From Takakia lepidozioides (taxonomy: Eukaryota; Plantae; Bryophyta): a DNA stretch of 64,000 bases. The position numbers and the translations under genes were made by a program. Location: contig CM060732.1 of NCBI GenBank assembly GCA_030704615.1, forward strand, positions 4,216,001-4,280,000, in the 5' to 3' direction. Below, piece after piece: positions 50,624-63,640 of the stretch. The stretch's first letter is position 1. Every line of letters starts with the position of its first letter. The notes beneath the pieces were generated by a model. The model saw only the letters and a program-made list of their open reading frames with translations, made no database searches and was not told the DNA's origin.

Positions 50624-51344
50624 AGCTTGGCTTGCGGTCCCAACACAATGGTACGCCCATCCTTTTCGGATAGTAGAACTGTACTGCTGCAAGTAGCTCT
50701 GACTCTGGCCACAGAAAAGGTCCGACTTATGTCTTGCCTACCAGTAACCTGTTTTGCTCGAACGTCGATAATACTATGTCATTCACTCGTGTTTCCACGT
50801 GCATGTATTTTTGTGTGTTGGAGGGTTCATGTTTTTCTGCTCTCCCAAACTTTGCTTTCCTCATTCGACCCCGGCAAGGAAATGCGGCGCCGCATTTCCA
50901 AGTAACGTCGTAGGTACTGGTAGATGCGGCAGTCAGCAACACCAAACCGCCCAGAAATTTCGCACGTGCGAACCCTAATGCGGCACCGCATTTCCTAGTT
51001 CACTTGCAAAACTTCCCGCCGAATACTGGAAGATGACAGATTGTGCAGACTCTATTGGTTCAGTCGCGGCAAAAGGGTCAGCTTCATTCCAATGTTAAGG
51101 CATGTAAAACCGCGGAATACTCTATACAGGCCAGTATGCGACGTCCTTTTGCCGTGGTATACTGGATTTCTCGTTGCACGGTCACTCATTTCCATGAGCG
51201 GATCTAAAAAACCATGAGCGGAGTTGTTACTAACGACATATCTTCGCCGCATTACAGGATCTGTAACTTCCAAAAACGGCAAGGTCAAATATAAAACTAT
51301 TATTTTAATACTTGTTTAATCTGCCGCATTTCCAAATTTGGAGG

Positions 51345-51436
51345 AGTCCGCTCATGAAGTCCGCGTGTCTTAGACTTCGGCTCACCGCTCATGCGGCTCA
51401 TGGCTCATGGTTTCTGCTCATGAAATAGTAAACCTC
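51345..51436. repeat. Putative MULE TIR (3' end of family A copy 2)
   Basis: ccgctcatgcggctcatggctcatggtttctgctcatgaaatagtaaacctc. Confidence 0.7.
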
Positions 51437-51913
51437 AATTCAAGCAAACGCTGCAATTCCTCACAAACACTCCAGGGCACATTAAAATTTCCCCCCGACA
51501 GGAACCTGCACGGATGAAGATTGGCTCATCCATGAATGTAGCCGTTTCAGTTTCCTTCCCTGCCATGCAAACTATGGGCAGTAAGTGCCAGGTGGGCCTT
51601 TAGCAACACGAGACGACGAAGTCCATCCCCCCTTCCATGTAAATGTGTCGCCGAATTTCCATCCGGGGGATGGACTTCGGTGGCAGATTTCAAACTATAC
51701 CCCCTGGATGAGAAAGACGTATTGGTTCATCCACCGCTGGCGTGATGAACACGTTACACGATGATTGGTGGGTACTTGTGACCCAGATGCTCCATTATTG
51801 GAGCCCGCACTGCTCTTCCGCTTCTCATCATTTCAAAATCTAAGGGCTTCGTTGTTGTCCGCAAGGTCATTGTCATCGGCATCAAAGACGTCCTCAGGTC
51901 CTCCTTTGCAAGG

Positions 51914-52366
51914 ATGTCGTGCTTCCGGAACCGGGACGACTGCCCTTATGGAGGCATCGATTATGCAATGTATTCGGCCACATCGGGAGACATCGTTATC
52001 TGGTACACAGATTACACAGAAGATACTGGTTCGAATGTGGAAACATTGTCCGCTTTTGAGTATCTCCCAGGCCAGTACGCCTTCGAGCGGGGTGACGATC
52101 TTGGTCTGAGGAGTCCGTGGCTCCTGCGCATCCTTGATTCCGATTTTCCCAGCTACGACGGGCACCCATGCAGAAGAATGCGCACTGCTATGCTGTTGCG
52201 GTGGAACTGCTGCCATTGGACGTGGGTGGACTCCATCGGAGAGACTTATACTCCTGAAGGAGTGCGCTCATCTTCTCCATTGTATGGGGACATTCGCATT
52301 GGTGTGGACGACGAAAACGTGAAGCTTTCCATATTCGATGGTGGTATGATTGAAGGGCGTCAATGA
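51914..52366 (+). pseudogene. ORF-X, unknown protein, C-terminally truncated
   Basis: MSCFRNRDDCPYGG..GDIVIW..ETLSAFEYLPGQYAF.RGD.LGL..PWLL.ILDS.FP..RWNCC.W.WV.SIG..YGDI..KLSIFDGG.IEG; B-like palindromes upstream at ~51645-51710. Confidence 0.75.
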
Positions 52367-53599
52367 CAAAAGTGCTTGCTTGCGCATGTCTGCAGTGAAG
52401 ACAACGTCTGCCACCACATTCTCATGCGCGGGATTGGAGTTGTAACCACCTGCCTGGGCACTTGTTGCTGGACCTGGCGAGGCCCCGGTTGCTGAAATGG
52501 GGGAAAGAGGAACGCGTTGCGCTTGACCTGCCGAGGTGCCGCTTGTAGATATGGGGGATATAGGCATGGGATCCCCAGACATCGTGGTGGTTGTGGACAC
52601 CATCCCTGCCTCCTTTCTCCAAAGTTTCCCACCTTTCCTTGGAGGTCTGCTCTCCATGCTCTGTTGCGAGACAACGGTGCGAGTGCGCAGCACCTTGCTC
52701 CAAGTGGCCGTTCCTAGGACGAAGTCATCCTCCTCATCCTGAACGTACTCCATCAGAAGCAGGAGACGAAGCTCGATAGCGGAAAACGAAGGCGGAGGGT
52801 CGGGAAGAGCAGAAAGGGAGTGTGCCAGCGGATACTGTGGAGTAAACGAAAAGGGCACACTAATCCTCCGTGGCCCTCAACGGATGCCTTCAAAAAATTG
52901 CCCGTGCTTGGGAGATACGTGCCCTCTCCCATCATGGTTTGGATGCTCAACGCGAGGTACCGCTCATTGTGTTCAAGTTTAAATTTTGTTTACTAATGGA
53001 TGTTAGCATCCCATCAAATGTCATCTATCTATCATCCGCCATAACTTTTCATCCCTAGAACTACTCCATAGCCTCCAAAACTTAATTTGTATGTTCACAT
53101 ATTCCTCTGTTAAGTATACAAGTGTTATACTCTTTGTCTCACATCGTCTCGAAAACAACCACTTTTGGATTTCCGTTAACATTTTTGTTTGCTATTGGCG
53201 ATAATTGTGTGCGGCTACTTGGTGGACAATCGGGTCCGCGAGCGTCTGCCCCACACCCACCGATTTGGGTGTCATGGACTCCATAGTCGGCGCCGATTAT
53301 GTGGGTGCGAATTTAATTAGCTGGCGCTTGGCATACAAGGTAATGTTTTTCAAATGCTACGGTGGCAGTGCTTAGTAGAAAGGGCGCCCACTACAGCCTA
53401 CCTGGCCCTTCCATAATCCACCGACACTCCCAACCCGAAACGCCATGGCGAGTTGTGCATTCTGAGAATGAAGCATGCACATTCCACACAAGTTCGCACA
53501 CAATGGGGTTTTTATTCATATGTCTACATTCCAAATGAAGCACGTCTACTGTACTGAGGGTGCATGCAAATCCAAAGCGTTTTGCCTTCTAAATACAAC

Positions 53600-54370
53600 T
53601 TAGGAAGTCAACGGTACTTCGGCTGGCCTAAAAACAAGCTCTTGAGTCATTGGGCTCCTCCATGTAAAAATGATTACAGCCATTCTTGGGCCCCTGTTGA
53701 ACTTCACCACAATGTCGTGCCCTTCAATGAAACCACCATCAAATATGGAAAGTTTAACTCTGGTTTCGGCGGAGTGCCCGTGCGTTTCGTCCTCCAATCC
53801 AATGCAAATGTCCCCATACGCTGGGGAAGAGGAGGGGCCGAGGTAAGTTGCGGTGTAGGTTGGGCTCGCTGAACCGCCTACCCGACTGCGGTTAGTGCAG
53901 GGGGGTCCGTGGTCGTACATGGTGGCTATGATCACTATCTAAGTCCTACCGGCAGAGAGAAATCACGTACTCCTCTTCACAGGGCGAGTTTGCGTTTCTA
54001 AGTCCTACGGTATCCTCTAATCACTTATAGGAGTATACGTGACACCGATGGACTCTACCCACGCCCACTAGCAACAGTTCCACCGCCAAATTAGCATAGC
54101 ACTGCGCATTCTGTCCGGCTGCCGGCCATAGATGGGGAAATTTGAATCAAGGATGTGCAGGAGCCACGGATTGGACAGACCAAGATTGTCACCCCGCTTG
54201 AAAGCGTATTGCCCTGGCAAATAGTCAAAAGCAGACAATGTTTCGCGCTCGACCCCACAGTCGTCAGTGCAAACTGTATGCCAGATGACGATGTCCCCCG
54301 GTGTGGCAGTATAGAATGCATGATCCACGCCTCCGTAAGGGCACTCATCGTGGTTCCGGAAGCAAGGCAT
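53600..54370 (-). pseudogene. ORF-X near-full-length copy, divergent from the family C transposase
   Basis: Aligns over its length with 51914-52366 and 38872-39123; one internal stop at 54068 and an insertion or intron near 53840-54020. Confidence 0.75.
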
Positions 54371-54854
54371 CGTTGGAAACGAGGCCGGAAGGACAAGTCT
54401 GATGTCGAAGAGAATGAGACCTTACAGACAACAACAAAGCCCTTTCAAATTCCTAGTGGTCAGAACCACTCGCCACTGCGGGCTGCAATAATGGAGGCAT
54501 TGGGTCCCACCTATCCGCCTGACATCCCCATACGTCTTCATGAGGCCACCGCCGGATGGAAAAGAGGCTTCTCATTCTCATCCCCGTGCCAACTCCTCCA
54601 TTCATTTTAAACAGTATTCCGGCTTGAGGTTACTCCAAAACTCAATGTTATGTCATTCCTTCACGGACAGTGCATATGGGATAGCGATAATCCCATCGGC
54701 TTTCCATGCATTTTGTAACTTTGCATGCCACACATTGCTCTTTTCATGCGGAAACACATGTAGTCGTCACCGATTACACGTCAATGTAATTGACTGATTC
54801 CTTTTGGATTTTCAAAAGGGGTGAACACGTAGCAGCCTCTCCAACTGTTGAAAT

Positions 54855-55800
54855 TGAAGGTCGGTGCCGACTACAGCACATAAGGTAATGCAAACTTCCG
54901 GAATTGGGCGAACGAGGTCATGGAATTTGTGGAATTTAACATATTCAATGGATTTTGCACTCTTTCATAGGGCAACAGTAAAGGTCGGTGCCGACTAAAA
55001 GTATATGAGATCGTGGAATGTGCTCAGTTTATATCAAATTATATGGAAATTGATCTGTTTCGAAGGGCTACCAGTGAAGGCCGGTGCCGACTACATGTGC
55101 ACATCCTCTCATTGAAACATGGCAAATGGGCATATTGTAGGCAAATCCCACAGTTCTTACGCCCAACAGTGAAGCTGTATGCCGAGTAATAGCATAAGAC
55201 CACCTTCCAACAGTCGGATTTGGCATATTATGGGCTCATTCTAGTGGACCAACGGCCATGAGTGAAGGTCGATGCCAATTAAAAGCATATGAGGTCAAGG
55301 AAACAACGGAATTGGTCATATAATAGGCAAATTGAACTGATCGAGGGGTTTTCAATGGAGGTCGGTGCCGACTAAAGGTACATGGGTCCATCGATACGAC
55401 GACAATGATGCCATATTATAAGAAAATACGATTCCTCCGCAACGGCTACATCCCAATTATCCAATGGCTCTCATGATTGCACGGGATAGAGACGTGCCTT
55501 CACTGAAGTCGGTGCCGATTAACACCCAATGTGGCCCCAGAAGCCACCAACACTATGGGTTTATTTCTTATTTGAGTGTAGTCGTTGCCGACTTTCAAAA
55601 GAGGAGGCAGGTGTGGGTTCTGAGCATGACGACCTCATACCCCAAAAACTGCCTTGCTGTCCAACATTTGCAGTGAATATCCTAGGGTTCCCCTGAAGTC
55701 ATCAACGACTTGAAGCACTGCATTTCTTTTGGTATTCCAATCCGGTGCCTTGGTACGATTTCTATTTCGAATTGGAAGAAGTCGGTGCCGACCACAGTTT
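54855..55800. repeat. Array of (AG)GTCGGTGCCGACTA palindromes between ORF-X and the family C transposase
   Basis: Motifs at 54860, 54984, 55080, 55174, 55268, 55361, 55508, 55581 and 55781. Confidence 0.85.
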
Positions 55801-56231
55801 CAGTAGAACCCGTTGCCGAGGATGTGAGGGTATATGATAATGAAGACGTCTTTATTCTACGTGTAATGCCTCACATTCTGTTTGTATTCATAAACTTTAT
55901 TCTCCTTCCGTAAAGGTAATGCGATGGAAACATTTCTATGGTGGCGGGAAAGTGGCCGATAGGGTGTGCCTCATGTACTTGAAATCCACACCGACCGTTG
56001 CCACCACAATTGTGAATGGATGGAGACGGATGGAAAATAGTATTAACACAAATGGATAATAGATTTTCATGAATTTCTGACCGTTGATAGTATAGTTCGT
56101 TAGTCCGTTGCATAGATTCCATGCATGCTTGCTGCTGGGGTCTCCATGTCCACACGCTCTGTGCATTTTTCCACTGTACCACACCCGCACGTGTTTGATA
56201 GCACTGTGGCGAAGTAGTGAAGCAGGCGATC

Positions 56232-59200
56232 ATGGATCCCTTCGTGCTGCTGAATTGCCCACCTGGCACGGACGACATCAGGTGATAGCGGAGGGACAAC
56301 ATGTCTTTCTGAAGGACAAAGTAATTCGGGGCAGATTTGGTATCGACCCATTCTCTTTGGTTGTTGAAGAGGAGGAGATCACTGCTGGTTCCGGCACAAC
56401 ATACCGCATTTTGGATCCAATTCGAGATAACGACCGCAAATTGTGGGTTTTGCCTTTTACAGGTGAAGTGCGATATAGAGTGTTTGATGTCCTTGCTACT
56501 TTGGATAGGAATTCCATGACACGTGAACCTGCAACTGTTGCTTCTGTTCCTCAGACCCGACAACCAAAAACGGAAAGCATTGAGCTGTCTAGTGGGGAGT
56601 CAGAGGATTGCGTCGTTCTCAAATCCAACAGTGGAAGGGTGGAACCCAATTTGGCTGCATTTGCCTCACCTCCCAAAAAGGTGCCGCGCGGCGAGTTTGT
56701 TGGCAACAAGGCCACTTATGGACACTCCGGCCCATCCATATTGGATATCCTTAAGCTTCTCCATCTTGATTCCAAATCCCAGTTGGGGAAGATAAACTTT
56801 GAAGAAGTAGAAGTGAAGTAGGTGAAGTGTCTACCAAGGATCGTTGATGGTGATGTCGTGTACGAGCTTCCACCGACGTCAAACACATCCCCAGCAGGTC
56901 AGCTTGAAGGCATGGACCGCAAGTACGACGGCAATCCATGGGCCACCACAAAGACAATGAACTTGAAGCTTCATATAATTGGCACAAAAGGTGGCACAGT
57001 CAGGTGAGGTGGTTTTTTGTTCCTGTCCATTGTGCAGTTGTAGTCGTGGCCGACTTCCATATTGCACTTTCTGCACTTTCTGCACTGACTTGCAATGTCA
57101 TTGTAGGTATGTACACTGTGTTGGTGCACTGAGATGTGTCCGAGGAACGTGTCCATTCTTCCTTAGGGAGGGTAGCCACAACGAGATTCACTGGATGGGG
57201 CATTACGATGGTCAGTTCAAATCGCAAAGCCAGGTGCCCCCGAACACCTTCGTGTGTTCTCACTACAACCATCCACCTACATGCATGCACACCTACCGTG
57301 CCAAAATGTTCTACGTGATAGGACCAGCAACGATGACCAGAGCAGCCGTGCATGTTGGCATTCATTCACATCCATTGCACCTGGAGCATGCAAGGACACA
57401 GCTGCCAAAGCCAAATCTGCACTTGCTGAAGAAATCCAAAGGTCAGGTCTGCCAGGCCAAAATCAGTCCAAATGTCTGCTGCTCAGTCCATTGCCATGGA
57501 GAAGGTGTTATCGCCAGATGCAACCGAGAGATGGAAGCTCGATGATGAGCAGTTTGAGGAGCTCATGGAGGAGGTCGGTGCCTGGGCAAATGTGGTGTTC
57601 GTTACGAGACAAAGAAGAAAAAAACAGAAATGGGGCTTGGGAGTGAAGTAGAAGCTTTACTGACAATGAAAAAGTGGAGCGGGTACGACTATTTCCATGG
57701 GAGCCGCTTCCCAGGCCAAGGGAGTGTGGATGAGAGATGTTTCATATTCAAGATGTCAACTGTTGGAAAGGGCTGTGGAGTCCATCTGGTGGACATGATG
57801 CGTCCCGGGGGGGCTGGGAAGGAGTTGGATTATGTTTGACAATGTGAAGCGGATACACGGATGGAGTACAATGGCTTGTCACGTGTACCATCCAAATTTT
57901 CGGAAGCTCATGACGATTGCAATTTGCGAAATGAAATGTGAGGATACAGAATCATAGAAGGTCATGTGGGAATCCATCAATGATCAGATGTTGCGAGTAG
58001 GGAAGGGGCGACCGCAATTTCGGGGATTCATGGCCGACAATGCAAATGCGAACTGGGCTGTTGTTTGTGAAGTGTATGGAGGCGGGGAACCCATGCCCGA
58101 TTGTGAGAGAACATGTGGGTTCCACTGGGGTCAGAGCCTCCAAAAGTGGACCAAAAAATACATCTCCGAAAACCTCCAACATGCACATGTACAGCTTTGT
58201 ACGAAGTGGAGAACAACAAATACTGAGGCGGAAGCAGAGGTTTCATTTCTGGCCATCCGAGCTTGGTGGTCTTCTTCGGGTGCCGCTCGAGATGAAGATG
58301 TTCCCGCGTTGGAGAGCTGGCTGTCGTGGTGGACATACCGTTACTATCAACTAAGGGCGTATGTCCGCAATGTAAGCATTCAATTGTTGCATGCAATATC
58401 TTCATACGCCCACTTATTTCGGGTTATGCTCACGTGAGCAAAAGTCCAACTTTCATAGTCTGTACCGACTATTACGGTTCCATCGGGAACATTGTATGTT
58501 CTATTTGTAAAAGAATCTGTGAGCGGATGTATATCCGCTCACATGAGCGAAACCTTGCTTTCATAGTCGCTCCGGTGACATGAAGCACAACACACATGAG
58601 GAGAACTTATTCCACTGTAGTCTGCACCGACTATAACATTGCAATGGCACTGTTTTACCTTATAGTCTGCACTGACTATGATATTAGATTTTAACATTGA
58701 TCCTTAATGTGAATACATTTCCTCTGATCACATGAGGTTTGGTTCACTGCAGCAAAACATTCGTTCTATAGTCTGCACCGAAGATAGCGTAGCGTAGGGC
58801 ACTACTGTCCACAGCTTATAGTCTGCACCGACTATAACATAAGATGTAAAAAATTATTCCTCCAGACGCCTGCCTCGGTTGGAATGCCACTATTGTGGAT
58901 TATAGTCTGCACCGACTATAACATAGCGTCCCATCTGTGTAGCTCACTTCAGCAGAACATTCCCTCTATAGTCAGCACCGACTATACCGTAGGACATGGC
59001 ACTATTGTGGGCAGCTTATAGTCTGTACAAACTTTAAGATTCGGTTATGTGTCATGAAGCATTCGATGGCGTATTCGGTGCCGATAACTTCAGGCTTGAT
59101 ATCGTTTCGATGGACCTCACCTTAAGACCTTGCCTTTTTTGTTGTCCACGCAAATGTAGTTCTCATGCTGGAGATTTAACCTGCAGGGATTGGATCTGGA

Positions 59201-60553
59201 AGAGGACGCAACAATGCCAAATGTCAACATGCCTCAGTCCATGCATGCGAGCTGGCAGGGCGGGAGTGGTGTCTTGAAAGTGGACCTGTACACAACCAAC
59301 AAAGACGACATGACAAGGGCTATTTTCCAATCATCGGCCTTCCATAATTATCTGATGGGTGGTGCAAAGGGTTCTGGTCCCGATCGCCAACAATTACTAG
59401 AACGGGCGGCAGCGCGGTCTTCTGATCCTCTGAAGATGGCAGAGGCGGTAAGAAGTTTTGTGGAGGGAACTCCTCTTCATGGTAGAAATCCTGGGCTCGA
59501 GGGCGACCTTCTCACTCGGACAACGAAGCGTCCGAAGATTATTTTGGGCAACTTAGAAGACGAGGAACACCTTCATTCATGGAGGCCTGACATGAACCTC
59601 CGCACCACACCCAGGCGCCGTGAAGGTGCCGGAGGACTAAGAGTGCCCACAACTACTGTTCAGATGTCTGTAGACACCTTGGAGGATGACCTTCCACTGC
59701 AGAATAGAAAGTCGGTTTTGGAGACCGCCGTGTCCACAACATGTTGGCACATCGCCCGGACGTCTGACACTTCAAGAGTAAAGTGCTGGGCAATATGGTT
59801 TGACAGTGCACAGGCATGCAAAGAAGAAATCCGGCCACTCCACAGTTTGGGTGTTCCTGCTCCAAGATATGTGGGTCGCCACCATCCTCCGGCTTTGGTA
59901 AAACCAAAGATGATGGAAATGTGGCACTGCCCAATAGATATCGTGTACTGCCTTGGTGGTGAAGTGGGGCGATGTGTGCTCGATAGACCACATGTTCCTA
60001 ACGTTTGGCCTGTGATGGTTGGGACAAATTTAAATCAGGAGGAGGTTGACGCCTTAACCCTGGCTGGATTTCGACTTGTTCCTACAGACGACAAGAGCGT
60101 TGCCGAGGGAGAGGGGGACACTGTTGCGGATGATAGCAATCACCTGGATCCGGACACATATGCAACCAAGAGATGGGGTAAAACATATCGACGAAAGCCA
60201 TTGAGTGCACACGCCCGTAAAAAGATGGAGCTCGGACAATCTTTGAAGGCAATTGTACAATCATTCAAAGATGTTCCCCGCCCTGGAATTGGTCGTGTGT
60301 ACACACTCTGCACACCGGGATCGGCCAAAGCAGGGACAATGTGTGCATCTCTAGAAGTCCGGAGTGCACCTGCCCTGACTTTGGAAAAATGAAGAGGGCT
60401 AAATCCGCATACACCCATTGCAAGCACATATACTATATTTTGTTGCTCCGCCTGAAAAAACCGGAAGACTCGGAGGACATCAACCACCCTAATCTCTCCA
60501 TAAATGAGGTGAAGGCAATGTTAGTTCGTGACCCTTGTCCTTGGTTACCATAG
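56232..60553 (+). pseudogene. MULE family C transposase (N-terminal domain, GCM-like Zn finger, DDE, SWIM), two introns
   Basis: GMDRKYDGNPW; YVHCVGALRC; HVGIHSHP; GSRFPGQG..FKMST; FMADNANANW; CGFHWGQSL; NMPQSMHASW; CTCPDF..HCKHIYY. Introns at ~57004-57107 and 58372-59186; stops and frameshifts. Confidence 0.88.
58450..59090. repeat. Intronic array of TATAGTCTGCACCGACTATA palindromes
   Basis: About nine copies: ~58458, 58566, 58620, 58665, 58771, 58821, 58905, 58971 and 59021. Confidence 0.88.
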
Positions 60554-61357
60554 TGACGACTGTCTATCGTGGCCGACCATCGTGTCATCACATCTAGTAC
60601 TTAGTGAGGCCCCAATTATCACTGAGTAGACACTAGGCTTTTTTGTGCCACCTTCAACTGTTTGGTATCATCCAATGATGTGCGCGGATTTCAATATTGC
60701 GGATTACAATTTCTCTTCTACGCTGCTTCAACATCTTCCATGATCTTGAGACGATGGTGCAATGGTCAAGGCAACCCACACTTGTTCTTTGAGTGCTTTC
60801 TGATCTCCTCCAAAACCAACAGCCATGGGTAGGCAATGCGCTGTAGGGAGTTTTAAACATAGACTCCACTCAGTTGCCACATTTAACTGAAGTGCATGAA
60901 GTCGGCACCGACTATACTCTGTGCCTTCAACGGAGTACCTTCGCTCATCTACATTCCTCATATGCTTCTTCAATTTGTTCACCTTGCGCGTGTCACCTAC
61001 TCGGTGCCATCTATAATAGTAACCAAGTTTTGTTTGCCACATTGTAATTGAATTAATTCGATGACGATTACCCTCCTAATTTTCGTATGCTTTCTGTAGT
61101 CATTGGCGACTACAACACCCGCAAGCTTGGCACGGGGCGTTTTACCCCACATTGGCCTGCTGTGTTGTGGTCGGTGCCGACTATAACGGCCAAACTTTGG
61201 GCACGGCTATAGGAGTTGAAACCCCTATTTCCGTGAACTTTTAGAAAATCCCAAATTGTCCCTTTTATGTATGGGGAAGTCGATGAGCGGGGATGTCGGG
61301 ACCTGCGTTTTTGGTTCTATAATTGTGGTTTGGTGTAGGTTCGGGCAAGGTTCGAAA

Positions 61358-61397
61358 TACTCCACTCATGCTCACCGCTCATGCATTTTCAATCCCC
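61358..61397. repeat. Putative MULE TIR (3' end of family C), abutting a broken gypsy RT
   Basis: ccactcatgctcaccgctcatgcattttcaatcccc directly truncates the RT motif YSFMDGF(SG). Confidence 0.7.
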
Positions 61398-63020
61398 CTG
61401 AATCCATCCATGAATGAGTACATCTCATGTCCCGCTACTGTGTCCAACACTATCTCTGTGAAAGGTAGTGGAAAGGGGTCTTTCTTGCAGGTTCCTGCAT
61501 TTAATTTGCGGTAGTCCACACATACTTGTAATTTATCATTCTTCTTGGGCACTATCACAATGGATGATAACCATTGTGGCATCTCTACTGGGTATATAAA
61601 TCCTGCATCCAGTAATTTCTTGATTTCTTCCCAAACCTTAGCTGCATAGTTGGGGTTCATTCTGTAACGGTTCTGACGAATTGGTTTTGTGTCAACTTCC
61701 AATTCAATCCAGTGTTGACAGATGTTGGAAGGTATGCCCTTCAAATCTTTGTAGTTCCAAAGCGAATACATCCTTGTATTCAGTGAATAATGCAGTGGCT
61801 TCTTGTAGAAATGATTCTTCAATACCTGCACTTACTCTTATTATCTGTGGTTCTTCCACTGTCCCCAGATTCACTTGAATCAATTGTGTTTCTTCCATTA
61901 CTGTCCATCCTGCAATCTCCTGTCCGATGGTTGCAATCGTGGCAGGTACTTCACTGATGTTAATGTCCTCTTCTCTTTCTTGATAAAAACGGGCAGGGTG
62001 TTGAGGTGTGTCCATAGCTTCTTCCTCAAGATCTTCCAGTATTGGAGTACTCGGTTCTCCTTGGGTGTTCACCATGTGACATCCTACTGTTGTGGTATTT
62101 TTGACCACTAATTGACCAATGGGTTCTAACTGTGGATGTGCTGCATATACTGTGGCTTCTTCTTCATCCGACAGTCCACTGGACCAGTCATACTCTTCCA
62201 CTATGCAAGGTCATTTCTCTCGTGGAATCGCACCTCGTTGCTTCGTGGTAATAGTGACTTATTCTAATCCCTTTTTGATCGTGAGAGTCTGGCTTCCCCA
62301 ATCGTGGTGCGATTGGGCTTGTGTTAACCATGGTCGGCCAAGTAGTAGCGAATATCCTTATGCCACATCCTCCATTATGAGAATGGTTACTGATACTTCG
62401 TATACCAGTCCTGCTACTTCCATCGCAAGGCGTCTGATGATACCCAACGGCTGTACTTTTCGTTGATTGACCATTCGTACTGTGAATGGAGCAGGTTCCA
62501 TGTGCCCCAATCCTAGTGACTTCTTCATCCTTTCCGTCATGATATTCAGTCCTGATCCTCTATCGATGAGTACATCCGTTGCCAGCTTCCGTCCAATACG
62601 TACTTGTATTACTGGTATCGCTTCGTCGTAGTCTGGAGCTCGTTGTATAATCGTGGGTTTAATCGTGTAAACCTCTGGTATTGGTTTTTGTTTTGGTGTA
62701 GGGGTCAATGCCTCAATTGCCCAGAATAAAGCTTTCTTGCAGTATGGAGCAATTTTTAATAATTGTCCAATGGTAATTTGGGTCTTGGTCTGGCATATTA
62801 CTTCAGCCAATGTTGTTTCCATGGTTTCATTTGTGGTCTTTATCATTGGTCTGATATGATTATCTGGAGTTGGATCTCCAGAATGTATATGGGTAGCATA
62901 TAGCAGCCGTGGGAAGTTGGTTTGTGGGCAAGCTGGGTTGGCCTTCAATCTTGATGCCTTCGTACGAGAAGAAAGAGGAGTCGCTGATGAATTTGAAAAG
63001 TTGCGATCTCTCAACATATG
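61398..63020 (-). pseudogene. Ty3/gypsy (non-chromovirus) protease and RT N-terminus
   Basis: VLIDRGSGLNIM (protease), LLGRPWL, PIRQNRYRMNP..WLSSIVIVPKK..VCVDYRKLN..DPFPLPF..YSFMDGF. Confidence 0.92.
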
Positions 63021-63153
63021 TCATGTCTCGAACACAGTCTTTGAACCGCTCCTGTGCATAAACACGCAAGGTCACGTTGTGTCATGTGAACGAAAAACGA
63101 ACAAAACAATGAAGTGCTTGCATATGCGATAGAGTGGTTGTAGGCTGCCTACC

Positions 63154-63640
63154 TCAAACCAGTGGAGGCACATCCACGAGGGTGCAAACGTCGCATCCAC
63201 AAGCCGCTTGCCGGTAAACACTCATGTTATCATTGCAGGCGCTATGTTTTGCAACTCTTGTAAGATGAGCTTCCGGTCCCATGCCAAGACGCCATTGTTG
63301 TTGATGACTCCTCTCATCGAGAAAGCCTTCTCGCACGGCTTCTCCTGCTGGTCGCACACTTGAGAACAGCGCCCGGAAGACCATGTTCCTGGCCAGTTTC
63401 ACGACCTCATCTGCAAATGTAGGCCCAACTGCAAGGGTTAACATTCCCGCTGTAGCTTCTGCACACGACGGATCCTCACAGATGGCCATCTTCGCTGCCT
63501 TTTGAGCTTGATCCCCCTTGGCAACCATGCATGCCTGCATTGCCGACCATTGTGTAGGAAAGAGTTTGGAGTAGTCCTCCATCCACATGTCAACCATGGG
63601 ATCCATTGCATTGCTAGGCAACTTGCCACATGCATGAGCT
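63154..63640 (-). CDS. Unknown ORF or exon
   Basis: Open helical-looking frame ending in CGCDVC; no family recognised. Confidence 0.25.

Noticed and set aside
54855-59090. GGYRCC as a restriction-modification-style recognition site of the MTase
   Set aside because: GGTGCC and GGCACC variants are simply explained by CpG deamination of GGCGCC; nothing in the sequence links the enzyme to this site.
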